From: Lama guanicoe
Taxonomy: Eukaryota
DNA: 64,000 nucleotides
Direction of reading: 5' to 3'
NCBI GenBank assembly: GCA_013239625.1
Contig: MU054925.1
Span: forward strand, 5,026,018 to 5,090,017
Positions within the stretch are counted from its first letter, which is position 1. Each line of letters opens with the position of its first letter. The position numbers and the translations under genes are program-made. Under the pieces are notes generated by a model. The model was not told the origin of the DNA. It saw nothing but the letters and a program-made list of their open reading frames with translations, and ran no database searches. Below, piece by piece: positions 26,764-40,970 of this stretch.

Positions 26764-29700
26764 TAATCAAGAATGAAATTAAGCATATGTCATATTTTTA
26801 ATGCCAGAGCTTTAAAAATCTTGCCACATTTCAGTACTGGCAAGATATTATTTTCTAAGACAAATTAGATATTTTATGTTGTTGGGGTGTGTGTGTGTCT
26901 TTTTTTTTTTTTGGTAGTATCACTCATCACTTTTCATAAGAATTATGTAGCCATCAGTTTCACTTTGGGATCTGCACACAAGTTTTGCTCATCTTCCTGG
27001 AAGCCCCAAAAGCTGTGGCTACACTTTCCTTCTCTCATCACTTCTCCCCATGCGCCTTTCATTTATCCACTAAACTGAAAGAAAGTAATTGGTCTCGAAA
27101 CTGTGTTGACATGTTTCGTGGGCTGCAGTTCAGAGAACCATAGTTCAGGGATTCCATTTTCCTATGAATGACTCCAATTTCCTGTTAAGGTCTTAGGCTG
27201 GATGGGCAATTTACTGCAAAGTCTTCAGACGGTTCTCGGCAAATGCCCTGCAGGTGTTCTTACCAACTGCGTCTTCTGGAAACAACCTGTACATGGACCC
27301 ACTGCACAAAGGGGACGTGGTGTCTTCCTTGAATAAAAGTTGAGAGAATGCATACTGAGACTGGGTTATAGTCTGGGGTGTCTCATTTAACCACGCAAAG
27401 ATTTTAACCAGTTACTTACCATCTTGTAGGTTTCAGTCTGCTCATCTCTGAAAGGGGTATAATACCTGCCTCACAGGATCTGTGTGTGAGTTTAAAAATA
27501 TATATATAACGCCTCATACTTATCACCCTGCCCAGCACAGAATAAATGCTTCATAAATGGGAGATATTTTTATAGAGCACAATCCACAAGCCCATCTGTG
27601 TTGACAGGGATGTAGGAAAACCACAGAACTCTAGTTGGTCCCGTCTTCCAGATTTCTTAGCCTGGAAGGTAAAACTAATAGTTTCAATCGGGAAAAGTAG
27701 TTGGTGGGGTTTTTGCTCCAAGAAGACTGTCCTAGATAAAGTAGATGTTGGATTTTTGCCACATCCTGGATCTACTTGAGCTCTCGGTTCATAAAAAATT
27801 TGAAATTCTGAATTAGGGACTACACATATTCAATAGCGATCAGATCCTTCATTACACAAATTAGATACAGCCTTTGCCAGTGGGAGTACATTAGTGTCAT
27901 GAATAATATAATTTGTAGGCATTAAAATGTAACAATTTTTAACCACTAAATTTGCAAGCATACACTAATTTGTTGAAACATTTTTGTATCTCCTGCTCTA
28001 TAGATTCTTGCCAAACTACTGTACTCAATCTTGTTTTAAATGTGTAAATAAATGTGATTCAATTCCCCATGAAAGAATGATTGGCCCTTTCAAACAGGCT
28101 TAGTACAGTTCTAAACAAGATGACTTTCCACTCTACAGTGAGATTAACACCAAGGGTCAAAGACTTCCCTTTGGAGATTGAGGGCTGTGCACTTTGTCTC
28201 CAGGTTTTTCCTTGGTGTCATTTACTCACTTAGAGCTTGCCATGTTGGCTGGTAATGCGCAGACCTGTGGATCTCCAAAATCAAAATATTTCCTGTCCCT
28301 TTACAGCGTCAAGCCCATACATCTCAGAAGGCTGTAGGAATAACTTCTGGATCCTAAAAGCAACTCTTCCCATCATAAAATATTTAAAACATGAATCTAT
28401 CAAATCTAAAAGTATTTCAACAATTTCTCATATAATGTTGAGGACCTGTCATTCATCCTTGAATATAGAGCTTCCTTCTTTTATATTATGGAACTAGGTT
28501 TGAATGATTCACTACTAGCTCTTACAGTGAACAGCTTAGTTAGTGCTATATGTTTGTGGTTAATAAAAACATCTTGGCTTTAAACTTTAAGAAGGAGGAG
28601 GCGGAAGTAAGTGCTTATCTTAGGAGCTTTATTTTGAATTATTGAGATAGTGCCAGAAGATGAATATGTAGTCCAAAGACATTAGAATAATTGGGACTAA
28701 AACCTGATTGATTTTTCTACCAATTTTTCTGAATCTCAATTCAGTGAGCCATTTTACTGGAGACAGACCTTCACTGATACCCTTTCTCAGAAGCTCAAAG
28801 GAAAAAAGTGCCCTATTTCCAGAAGCAGCGATGATTACAGCTTTGAGGTTCCAGATAGAACGGTTGTTGTTGTGTAGATGCTACTATCTTTACTTGCCCT
28901 TTGATAAGCCATGTTTGGAGAGGTTTTAGTACAGGAAATGTTGTAAATTACTGTTTTCCCTCGAGAATTCATGATGCAAAATGAGAGGGGCATATGTCTA
29001 TAATGATTGGGCAGGTCTCTACCTGACATGAATTAGTCTCACAACAATTCCCCATTTGTACATTTCTTAATGTGTGGGAAAGCGGGGTGGGAGCACATGT
29101 AAGTTTGGCTAGGCTCACAACACAGTGAGGCTTTCCTCTTCCATGCCGGAGGGTAGGAGACCAGCAGAGCCAAGGAGTATTTTTAGAATGTTTATTTGCA
29201 TGCTGAATAGAGGAGTGCAGAGCTGTATCCACACTATTGATGTTTGCAAGCTGCCTTTCTGCGGTGCATTGTCTCCATCCCGATGGCTGTTTGTGCTGTG
29301 ACGCCCACCACTCCTACCTCAAAGAGCAGTCTGTGTTCCTCCCTTGGGCTTCCCAGTGCTGCACCTGAAGNNNNNNNNNNNNNNNNNNNNNNNNNNNNNN
29401 NNNNNNNNNNNNNNNNNNNNNNNNNNNNNNNNNNNNNNNNNNNNNNNNNNNNNNNNNNNNNNNNNNNNNNNNNNNNNNNNNNNNNNNNNNNNNNNNNNNN
29501 NNNNNNNNNNNNNNNNNNNNNNNNNNTGCTTGAAATGCAGCGTATTGAATGTGGACATAAAATTTCTAGACACAAACCGCTATTTCAAGGGACATTCTGT
29601 ACACTCGAGAAGGAAATTCATTTTTTTTAAATCATCAGCTTTTCTTTGGGACTCAGATCTTCTCTTTTTATTCAGGTGACCTTCACTCCCCTCCTTGTAG

Positions 29701-31179
29701 GATTGCTCATGATTTTTGGCAAGATCCCTTGGCAGCGTAGGGTGGAGGAAGGCATTCATATCAAAGTTTTCATGCCTAGGAAAATATCACCCGAGAACCT
29801 TAGCAAGCACATTAGATGCTGACACCCTCGTGCATTTTGAAGAAAAAGGGGTGGAGAGGGTACAAGATGAGGATCAGAATCACTCATGATCCACAATAAT
29901 TAAAGGTGTAGGTGATCAAAGTAAGAAGGAAGTGGGAGAGATTCTCAGGCTAGAATCATTATATCAGATGCTTCTCAAACAAAACATTGCCATACTGACT
30001 CTTGGAAAACAAATTATGTATTTTGCAAATGATTCCATTTCTACTGAAGTACTTGGCCCCACAATCTTGGTTTATTTCGTAGATCCAAGCCTATATGAGA
30101 ATTCATATATGATTGCTGTTTATAAATAGTATTTATAAATATGTAATTTATGCCATGAGTTTCATTTCCATTTCCACATTGATTTTCTTTCCATTTTTTC
30201 ATTTCATCTGCATTTCACCAAGTAGACACCTGAGGCTCAGAGGACTTAAGTCTCCTGACCAGTGTTACAAAGGTACTAAGTGCCAGGTCTGAATTGAGTC
30301 AAGGTCTGCCTGACTGAAGCTTGAGAGAATTCCTGTGGCATCCAGTTGCATGCCTCTCTTTCAGGGTATCAAGTCGCTTGTGTAGGGACATGTCAGACTG
30401 AGTTCACCTCATTGTCAAGATTTGCTTTGGAAACTCACAGTTTCACCATTCACTTGACCTATGTGAAGAAGTGTGCAAATATCCCACTGGACAAGAGCCA
30501 TGTGCTCTCTGAATGCCAGTTTGATGCAAATGTCCATCAGACCTACTTGGAGGTTCTCTTAGCACTTACCCCATTACTGTTCAAGCATCTATTTGTCCCT
30601 CTAGAAAGGTTGCAGGGGGTGATTGGTAGGGAAAGATCTAATTCTCATTGCATATCCTCATGTACTATTTGAATTATTTACCAAGTTTGTGTACCATACT
30701 TTGTATATTTATTTATGTCTTTAGTTAGCTAATAGTTATTTTTTTAAATTATCAACTGTGAAGAAGCACTGATGCAGAGAAAGTTTCCTAAAAGGAGGAT
30801 GGGGCATTGAGTGTGGCATCAGCTGCTTCTTTCCTCTGGGACCTCAGGCAAGCCCCCTCCATACTCTGTACCATCTTGTCTTTCCCTAAGGAAAATCATC
30901 AAGTTCTCTTTTCGCTCTTGGGAATCTAATTGTTTTCAAAATATACACTTGTTTTCAAGTATCACACAAAATAACAGGTGTCTCAGCTACTAGAATTACA
31001 TGCACACCCCTCCCCTGTTGCTCACCCTTTACAATGTTATTCTCTTGGGAAACTTTGTCTCAAGCAACAATTTTCTGAGCACTACTTTACATGCAAGGCC
31101 CTAAGTTAAGTGCTAGGAATATAGGAATTAACATGACACACCTTCATCTACAATGAATTCAGTATAAGACCTCCTAGCT

Positions 31180-31430
31180 ATTGAGTGCCAACTGAATGCC
31201 AGGTGCTGGATGAAGCCTTTTTTTTTATAATTGTACGTTGTACCTTGTAATGTTCACATCATCCCAATACCCTATAGGCACTATTAGCATCTTCATTTTA
31301 CAGATGAACAAGTGGAAAATAAGAAGGTTAAGTTACTTGCTGGCAAAGGTCACCCAAATAGGAAGTGATGGCATTGAGAACACAAACCCAGGTTTGCATG
31401 ACATCAAAGCCTGAACTACTTTTTACCATT
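31180..31430 (-). mobile_element. MIR SINE
   Basis: cattttacagatgaacaag...ggttaagttacttgc...aaggtcacc. Confidence 0.75.
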
Positions 31431-31998
31431 ATTCCAGCCTATTGCGCTTGAAAATGTAGATTGACTAGTCCTTTAAACTAACCCACCTAGGCTGTTTGCA
31501 ATATTTGCTGTATAAGCAGTGCCACTATACATAAATGTCTTTATTCCTAAATCACTGTGTGTCTATGTAATGTTATTAATTCCTATAAGTAAAATAGTTG
31601 GGAACCGTTCTTTGTTAAGATAAATCTTGATAAGAGTCAGTTACATAGCGTAGGTATACATGTTTATTTTTCTTTTGATTCCTTCTTCTGTTGCTTATTT
31701 TTTGATGTAAGCTATAACTTTTATAAAGAACAGATAATAGGTTAAGGTTATTTTCCAGAAAACCTCCTCCAGGAGGATATGATGTCAGCTGAGACTGGAA
31801 ACCTAAATGCTACAAGCTTTTATTTCTCGTATTCAGGTGATAGAAGAAGCCTGTTTGTAATTTAGCCTAAGATGTAAGAAAAACAGAAAACACAGTAGTG
31901 ATAGACAGGTTTATACATTTAGAACTTTTGTTAGTAATTATTTATAAACCTCCTTACATTATTTTTAAAAGTCCAGTTTTAACAAAAGGTATTGACTT

Positions 31999-32010
31999 CC
32001 AGCAGGGGGC
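31999..32010 (+). promoter_or_regulatory. Candidate CTCF motif
   Basis: CCAGCAGGGGGC matches the CTCF core consensus. Motif match only. Confidence 0.35.
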
Positions 32011-33029
32011 CAAGTTCAGTTAATTATTTCAACTTAATAATAAGCAACATTGAAATGAGATTACACAGGCTTCTTGAGGGGTCACAGAAAAACTCACTTC
32101 GGAAACACTTTTTGAATATGTGAGCATGGCTCTAAGTATAAATATTCAGGAGAATTAAAACAAGATGAAAAATTGTTGACATTAATGACCACTGATTAAA
32201 ACAGGATAAAGTACTCAGGGTATATAAAGTAACACAGTTCTCTGATCAGGCCTGTGTGTTCCAGAATGCTTATTTCAGTCTATAGTAAATCTCTCCAATG
32301 AATTATGCTAATACTACTGATTCCAAACATTTTCTGACTGGCCTATTCATCTGTTCTCATTTCACTTCTTTGTTATAAAGGAACTGGGCTTTAAATGCAT
32401 GCCTCTCAAGCTCTGAAAATTGAATTGATTTTTAAGAAAGAAGGCAAACAAATAATATAAAACCTTATTTTCTATGTTTGGAAACTGTGCAGGGTAGAAA
32501 AGGAAGAAAAGATTAGGGTATTTGGGATAATTCTAAAAGTGCTTTCAAGCTAAGTCTCTACATGCTATGTGTAGTGGTGAATTTAAATGACTGTCTACTA
32601 AGGCATGGGCTAGGGTAGAGGTTAAAATATGTTAGCCTCAGTGATGGAGCTAACTCAAGAGGAAGGTCTTGCATACACATGAGCTTGAATTCTCCACTTA
32701 ACCTTGCTGTGTAGATACAACGTCAGTCTCATCAGGTGTCTCCTGAACAGTGGTCTAAAGCTACTTTAAAATGTAAAATTGGACAGGGTCAAGGTGATGG
32801 CTGTTCTCGGTGCATCTGTACCTGTGGGCAGTTTCATTAAACCATTTGGATTAGACTGTTAACCACAGAGTAAGACAGCTAGCCATATTGTGATTATCTC
32901 CCATCTTACATTATTAGAACATCCTTTGTGATTTATTTTTAAGAGAGTCACCATGAGCAAAGGAATTCTATTTTTTCCTTTTTAAAATGATGTCTATTCT
33001 ACTTTTTTTTTTCTGTTAGAATATTTGGC

Positions 33030-33220
33030 AGTTATTCTGAAACATAGGATGAGGCTCATCAGAATCACCTGGGGATACTTACAGAAATGTATGTCCCTGG
33101 GCCTCACCCTGAACCTACTGATCCCCAGTTTCCAGGAGGTGGGTCTGGGAATCTGTGTTTTGACTAGGTTCTCCAGATGAGGGAGACTTCCCTGGACTTC
33201 ATTGCCAAAAGTTTGATTCT
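33030..33220. mobile_element. MER5A-like MITE
   Basis: tcagaatcacctgggga...ctgggcctcaccctgaacctactga...gggaatctgtgttttga. Confidence 0.75.
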
Positions 33221-35469
33221 CACTCCTTTTTTCTTATTGGCATAAACCAGGGAAAAAATCAGAAATAATATTTAAAAATAGAAAAGAAGAAAACAGAGGA
33301 TAAAGCAATACAAGTTTAATTTGCACCTCACCCTCCCAAAGATCCCGAGGTCATTGGTGGGAGTGCACCACCACTTTGTGTTGAGGGCCACAACTGGGAG
33401 GTGTGGTCGTAACACAGCCATCAGAGAAAGATGGCTAACCTAGTATTTCAAGTTGAGCTTATGGAAATTGAGTGACAGTTAAAAGGGATGTGTAATTATA
33501 AATGAGCTGAATCAGGGCTTCAGGAAATCCTGAACAGAATCCACATGGGCACCACTGGCACTTTGGGGAGAAGGGATTTCAGAACTTGAGTCATAGAATC
33601 TTGGAGAAAGCAGGTAATACCTCCCTATAGGAAGGTGTGCCCAGCTATGAACCAAAGCTAGGATGCAGGAAGTGAGTCATTGCCATTAATTTAGAAAGAG
33701 GAGAAAGTAAACAGGAACAGAGTTCTCCAGATTACCACCACAGTGATTTTTAAAGGATGGGGCAAATTAACTGTTTAGTATAATGTGGCATTTCCCTCTC
33801 ATTTTAGTGTATGTTTTATTTCTTCTTAGAAATTGTCTTCAGTGGTGTCACTTTTTCCCTCTGAAGAGGTCTATTTTTTTTTTTTTAGCAGTAAACATAT
33901 CTTTAAAGCAAAAACTGCAAGGTACAACTCTGCTGTTTTTAGATGAAAATTAAAGGTATTTTATTAAATGTATTTGTCTATAAAATTATTAGTTCCCTGT
34001 GCACACATGTGGTGACAGAAATGTGGTAAACACCAGGGATTTAAAATCAGACAAATTGGGTTCTTGCCCTTGAGTTGTATGCCCCCTAGTTGTATGACCT
34101 TCCCAAGTAGTTATTGCATCCTCTTAACTTCTACCTAAAATCTAGGACTCTCCTTCACACTCACTATCATTTGTGACAAAGTAGTTGCTTCTAAATGTTG
34201 GGCTCTTTTGCCCAACTAGACATGAAAACCTCAAATGAAGCTCCCAAATTCTATTAAGCTTAGAAAATTTGATCCTGGTACCTAGAAGAACTAGAGTAAA
34301 ATCCATACTAAGGTCTGTGTGTCCATTTTCTTTTAAACCTTTTATTCCCTACTCCATCCCGTTAAGTTAAGGATTTTTCATCCTGCATGTTCATACTGGA
34401 GACATAGGTTGGATTTCTTGAGACCATGTGTGTCCAGTGACTGGAGAACAGCTATATATCTGTCTGTGAACATGTATTCACAAGTATGACATGAGATTCT
34501 ACACATCCACAAATGAATATTCATCTACAAACATTTAATGAAATGCTATATATGGATATATGAATATGCATTCTAAAGGCATGAAATTAAGTACCATATA
34601 TCCATTAAGAATAATCAGATAAGAATTGTGGTATATGTGTATGTTAACATGCATTCACAAGTATGAAATACTGTTATTACTTATTCCTCTTAAAAAGTAA
34701 GAATTTATGTCAGCCTGTTAAAGGCTCTGAGAAGTCCTACAGTGAAAAAACCTGTTGAGCAATTTTTAGCCAGAATCATCAGTCATCAATATTTGATAGA
34801 ATAGCTCCATAAAACCCATCTTGAGAACCACTCTCTTAGGCTAATAATTTCCATTCCAGACTGGGTAAGGCAGAAGTCAGTCATGACTCTTGAGATGTTT
34901 ATAAGGTATTAAATGCCTTGGACATAATGCTAAGATAAATGAAGTAGCCAGCATACTGCATATGTATACTAAACATGTAAATATTAATCTGCAGGTGCAT
35001 TTATTAAGCTAGAAGTTTTGGTGGGTTGGACCAGACTAGAGCCGTATGCCAAGGAGAAGGGAATCTTCAGATATCTGACTGGGTTTGTGAAGTAGGGGTG
35101 CCACTCTCACCTGTTCAGTTAAAAACAAACCAACAAAAAACAGAAAGGAAGGACATATTGGCCACACCAAAAGATTTTTCTAGCACCTTCCCAAAATATA
35201 TTTTTTGAAAATAGGACTAGAGAGAAACCTAAAAAAGGCTTGAGTACTCATTTCTCCACCCTTAGAATCTAAACAACTGTGAGCCCCATGGTCAGGACCT
35301 TCTCAGTAATGTTCATTTTCAGAAAATGCCCCAGCCTATGGTACTGTGGTATTTTTTTTTAATCTATCACAAGTGATAGTTTGTGAATTAGCTAAGGGGA
35401 AAAAGAGGTAAAAAGGATCAGTGTTCAGAAAAAACTTGAGACAGTAAATGTCTTTTGACATTGGGAAAT

Positions 35470-37500
35470 GGTCATTGGAAAAAATTAAACATACAAAATT
35501 AGGAATAATAATGTAATGAGCTCAATGTACCTGTAACACAGCTTCAACAATTGTCAACATCTTATCCTTGTCTTAAATATTTAACTCCATTTACATTCTA
35601 CATCCTGAGTTTGATCGCTGGCTTCCTGGGATAGTGTTTAACCTGTTTCTCTTTCTGTGTTGGTTTCTGTAAAGTGATGGTTAGCTCTAGAAGCTGATTA
35701 GATCCTGATAGAGTTTTTTGGTGAGGATACTCCATAGGCAGTGCCACGCACTTCCTGTTACATCATATCTGGAGGCACGTGTTGCCATGTCCTTGTTAAC
35801 ACTTGGTGATGTAGAGATTGATCCTTGGGATAACGTGTCAGCCTAACTTGATCAAGTTGCAATCAGTCTCCCCCAGATGCTTCTAGATCCACAGATGACC
35901 AATTCCTGAAACCATTATTTCTTCCAAAATTGAAAAGTAATTGCAAAATGGTGACTTAACAGTTTTTTTAGAATGGTTTGGTTGCCCCAAAATACAATTT
36001 GTACAAAAAAGGCAGGATAAGTGCTTGACTCTTTCTCTTTATTAATTAACAGCATGATGACCTGGTGATCTAGCAACTTCCAGTGGTGAACAATAATGAC
36101 TTGGGAAGTAATTTAGTATGAATTCATGGATTTATATGTATTTACATGTGTTTTAATTCTTTGCAGACATAATTTATTTGATATACAACTTTCTCATGTT
36201 TGGCTCATGGGAGCCCCTTTGACTTGACCCTTGTGTCCTTTTGACAAGACCTTGTTAGTCTTTGATAGTTTCCTTGGATTCTACATAACAAAATGTTCCA
36301 GGCTTACTTTGTACGTTTTTTGCCTTAGATCTGGAATCAGCTGTTTTTCAGAGGGCCCTGGTTCTGTTTATTGAGAAATGTTATTTAGAGGCCACATTCT
36401 GGACCCCAGTATTCATTTCCACAACTTTGCCAAAATCTTCTAAGTCTTTACAGGAGTTAACTCTAGAGAATATGTATTAGTTTAGAAGGAGAAAATAAAT
36501 CCAGAGCTTATGCTAATAGTTCCAGTTCAAAGTTGCATGATTTTTAATTCGCTTCATTGATTTACACTTGTACCTCTTTTTTTCTTATGCTGAAAATCTC
36601 AGTTCCTAGCCATATTAACATATTAATCATTTACTTAAGCTACAATATACATAAGAATAATTTCAAACTGGCAATACAGTATTATGCATGACTGAGTGTT
36701 AAGAGTCTTTGAGGTCTTTTTTTGTTTGTTTGTTTTTAGACTAGACCCCAAGATAGTGTGAAAATACTGTTTTAAAGTCAATTGAAATGCTTCTTTCGCT
36801 TATGTAGCTATGCAAACAATATATATTATACATGTTATATATTACATATATAATAAGGGGTATTGTTTAATTTGAGGAGGATTACTTTTTTTAAGTTATA
36901 TGTAATGTGTTTATATGTGTTTATAGTATCAAGGACACAACCATGAAATGATGTAATTCAGAGGAGCATCTTTCCATGCCCCGTTTTTCCACCCTGTTCC
37001 CTCCTTTTCCTGGTTGGTAATAATTTTTATTAGTTCTTGGTTTGGTTTCCACTGGGTTTTCTTTTCTTTTCTTTTCTTTCTTTTTTTTTGGTAATAAAAG
37101 AAAAAAATATATAGTCATGATTTTTTTTTGACAAAAGGAAGCATACCATATATGCTGTTCAGCACCTTACTTTTTATATTATATGTATGCTGCAGAGCTT
37201 TCTTCCTCAGTTTGGGGAATGAAATTTCTCTCATTTTTCACAGCTGCATAGTGCTCTATTGTGTGGATATATGAAGAAATTATCTATACAATTTCCTACT
37301 GATACAAACATTTGGGTTGTTTCCAGTTACACATGATCTTGCAATGAACAGCTGAACACTACATAATTTAACAGATTTGGCAAGATATTTGGGGATAGAT
37401 TCATAGAAGTGGGATTTTTAGGTGAAAGGGTAGACACATATATCATTTTCCTCGTTGTTGCTTCTCCTTCATGTAGGTTGTGTCTTTGTTGCATGTCTTC
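35470..37500 (-). mobile_element. Old antisense L1 3' region (L1MC/MD/ME-like)
   Basis: aacaaaatgttccaggcttactttgtac...ctggaatcagctgtttttc, and ctgcatagtgctctattgtgtggat...tttgggttgtttccagtt. Confidence 0.7.
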
Positions 37501-37689
37501 CAACAATTCACTTAGGAATTACAGAAGACAATGTAAAGCTAGAAAATGAGGGATCATAACTGTGGATCCAAAGTAATGTCAGTTTGAACCCTTCAAACAA
37601 GGGACGAGTTCTCTCGTCTCAGTTTATCAGTAAATTTTGCCCAAAACACTTTTCCATGTGACATTTTGTTTTTTAAGAAGTAAGAAGGT

Positions 37690-37930
37690 GAGTGTGCAGC
37701 CTAATAGGTTAAATCTAGACCTTGGCTCTGATACCTATTACTTGTGCTATCTTAAACCAAAATGGAACCAAATTACTTAAGTTCTCTAAATCTCAGATGA
37801 CTTTTCTGTAACTTGGAAATAATATGCCCTGCCTCCTAGAGTTCTTGTGATATGAACCAGTTTTAGGTAAAAGATCTTCACACAATGATTGCATATGATA
37901 AGGGCTCAATAAGTGGTTGATAGTGATGAC
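37690..37930 (+). mobile_element. MIR SINE
   Basis: ggctctgatacctattacttgtgctatctt...ttacttaagttctctaaatctcag...gctcaataagt. Confidence 0.65.
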
Positions 37931-39049
37931 TGTGATGGTTGGGACAATGATAATGGTGATTAGTTTAAGTGTAATCATGAAAGAATTAAGAGTCAACTAG
38001 GTCTGATTTTGTGAATTTTTGCTACTTTGATATTTGATGGGTTTTAGGATTTTGAAAAGTTGTTTAACTTCTCAAAGCATAAATATTTTCATTTTTAAAA
38101 TGAAGATGATAATTCTTTGAGTTGGTGTGAAGATTAAAGGGGAACTGCTTAGAAAAGTGCTTGGCACTAGGTAAACACTCCATAAATGTTAGCTCTTATT
38201 CTCATTATTTATAAGAAAAGACACTGATAGTTCCAGTGAAAATATTTAACAAATTCCTTACTCTTCTTAAGGGATTAGAAGAAAATGGTTCATGTCATAA
38301 TTAAGAGGATTTACTGAAGACTGTAGTACAAAAAAATAAAGAAAGAAAGAAACTGAAAAGCTAAAATAATAGCCAAGTTTTGAAAATATCTTTTGTTGTC
38401 AACTCTTTTGAGATTTTCTTCTTTTGAGATGAGAAAAGAAAATTGGGTCCCTTTTGCTTTTCATTCTATGGGGCTCTTTCCCCATATTTCAAACACAAAA
38501 TAGCTTTCCTTGCCACCTGTCTTGGGTTGATAATGCCAAAGAACTTCCTGCCCAAATGGTTTTCAAGCTCTGGGTCGGCACCATAAATCTCAACAAATCC
38601 TTGGTGGGGCTGAGGATGAGTGAAAGTTATTATTACGGCTCTTTTGGGACTCATTCTGTCTGCAGTATAACAAAAACCACCATGGGACACTGTGCCCTGC
38701 AGACAAAGCATCATTTGGGTTTTTTATGTGCACTTCCCATTAGCAAGTCACAAATGGAATGCCTTAATGTGTCCATTGTATATACATTTTTGAATAAGTA
38801 AGTATAACAAAGACAATATACTTGTCCCATTTAATCTCAGCTCTTAATTGTGAAAACACAGCACATTTCCCATACTAGTGAGATGGAGCAATAGAGGCCT
38901 GCACCAGTGGTTCCTGACGGGTCATCTGAGGTACACCTGGTGTGAGCCATGATGTTGGTTTCTAGGGCCCAGCTCCCTAACGTCTGTTTTCCAATTGCAG
39001 TTTGATAAGGCAACTGATGACTATCATGAGGAATTTAGGAGTGCATTCT

Positions 39050-39480
39050 CTAGCAACCTTTCATTTAAAAATAACCCGAAGGCTCATCACAAGTTAGCTT
39101 AAACAAAGAAGTAAGATGCAGGCTTCAGGTGAGGCTTACTCCAGGATCGCACAGGTTAGGACCAAGACCCAGGTTTTCTCCTTGCATTTTTCCGTTCATG
39201 AGCATAGGAATGCTTCCTGTGGCTCCAAAGGCTGAAAGCTTCCTTGTCCTCATGTGTTGGGGGTAGAGTTCAGGGTTTCAGTCTGGAATAACATGGGTCC
39301 AATGGCCATCTCTGAACAAGTTACTTTATTCAGGGAAAGAAATTGCACCAATCAGTTCAGGGAGGTAACATGCCTGGGCAGGGCTAGCTCCCCAGAAGCA
39401 CCTGGGCTGCCTGGAGGAAGGGTGGATTCCTGAAGAAGAGGATATTGGTACCAGAGAAGGGAGATTGGATATCAAAGAAA
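39050..39480. mobile_element. MLT1-like (ERVL-MaLR) solo LTR remnant
   Basis: agttagcttaaacaaagaag...ggcttcaggtgaggcttactccagg, plus a ggtccaatggccatctctgaac-type motif. Confidence 0.5.
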
Positions 39481-40026
39481 AGTGCTAAAGAGGGCTGGGC
39501 AGGGCCTCCTTTTTTTTTTTTTTTTTTAAAGCAGCCCGAAGTAAAGCGGTTTTGGATCTTGGAGAATGGTTAGGACAGACAGCCATTCTGGGCTGCTCAG
39601 ACCTGGTACTGTAGTCTGCACAGCTTATTTGCCTGGGAACTTGTACTACTTTGAATTATACTCTTATCTTTCACTTTTTTTCCTTATTAGTCAATAAGCT
39701 TTAGTGCTGAGCTGACACATAAGTAATGAAAATGAAGACCTGTGCCTTGCTCTCAGAAGTCTAGTAGGAGACAAGATTATTTGATGAAAAAACCAAAATA
39801 ACTCTCTCTGGTTATCTAAGAGAGATGGAGGAAGGGGAATGAGGGAGAGAAGACCCTGGTTGATAATGCCAAGAACTTCTTGCCCAGATGGTTTTACTCA
39901 ACAGTCCGATACTCACTGTATTGAGTGAAATAGTCCCTACTGCCACCAGTCTCAGAATACGCTGTATCAAGGGGCCCATGAGGGAGCAGCAGTTTGATGG
40001 CCAGTTAACTCCTGAAATTTGAAGCA

Positions 40027-40162
40027 TTTGTCCTCATGACTTTTTTTTTTCTTTAATTGAAGTACAGTCAATTACAATGTGTTGATTTCTGGTGTACAGC
40101 AATGTCCCAGTCATGCGTATACATACATGTATGTGTTTTCATATTTTGTCCTCATGACTTTT
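40027..40162 (-). mobile_element. Young, severely 5'-truncated lineage-specific L1 3' end (~100 bp) with a perfect TSD
   Basis: Poly(T) followed by ttaattgaagtacagtcaattacaatgtgttgatttctggtgtacagc. tttgtcctcatgactttt occurs at both 40027-40044 and 40145-40162. Confidence 0.9.
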
Positions 40163-40619
40163 GATTTAAGCTCATAGTGAGGAACCATTGTTTGTTTTCT
40201 TATCTGTTTTGTTCAAAGCGTCTCAATGTATATGACCTGTGCTTCCTATCCAGCACCCAGAGGGAACTTATTGAACCACTTTTTAATTACTCTGGAGGAT
40301 AACTCTTCCATGTGTTTGCCTGGATTAACAGAAGAGAATTTTCATGTTCCATAGCTTAGAGTGTTCACATGGTTCCAAAGGTAGCCTAGAGTGTTCAGGC
40401 CTTTCTGGGTGTGGTGGTACAAGAGTGAGAAAGGGCTGTATGAACATTTCACTCCATGTGAGTATGGAAGTGTGTGTTTTTATGTGGGTGATCCAAATAC
40501 CTACAACATGTCATGGAAGAATGATGGGGGACATGCTTCTTTGTGTGAGTGAGTACTTATTGGAGAAAGTAGCTTTCAATAAGTCATTTAGAACTGAACT
40601 AGAGTTCTGCAAGGGTTGA

Positions 40620-40970
40620 AGTGGCTGCAACATTTACCCTTCTGGTCCCTGAACCAGCAGTGTCAGCATTACCTGGGAGTATCCTAGTGGGGATCGGTCA
40701 TTGGTGAGAAAGGCAGAATCATGGGCGCCATCTTAGTCCCACTGAACAAAATCTGCATTTCAACCAGATCCTCAAGTAATTTTTAACACGTTAAGTTTGT
40801 GGAGCGCTCATCCAGACCAGTAGGAGTCACTTGAATAGCTTCAAAAAATACAGAAGCCTTGACATTACTTTTAGGAATTCTAATGTAATTTGTTATAGGT
40901 GTGGTCCAGGCATGGGTTGAATAAACAAAGTAAGGCAGAAACCTTCCCAGGAAGCAGCCCAGGCTAAGAA
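40620..40970. mobile_element. MER5-family MITE remnants
   Basis: tggtccctgaaccagcagtgtcagcattacctgggag...aaaatctgcatttcaaccagatcc. Confidence 0.65.
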
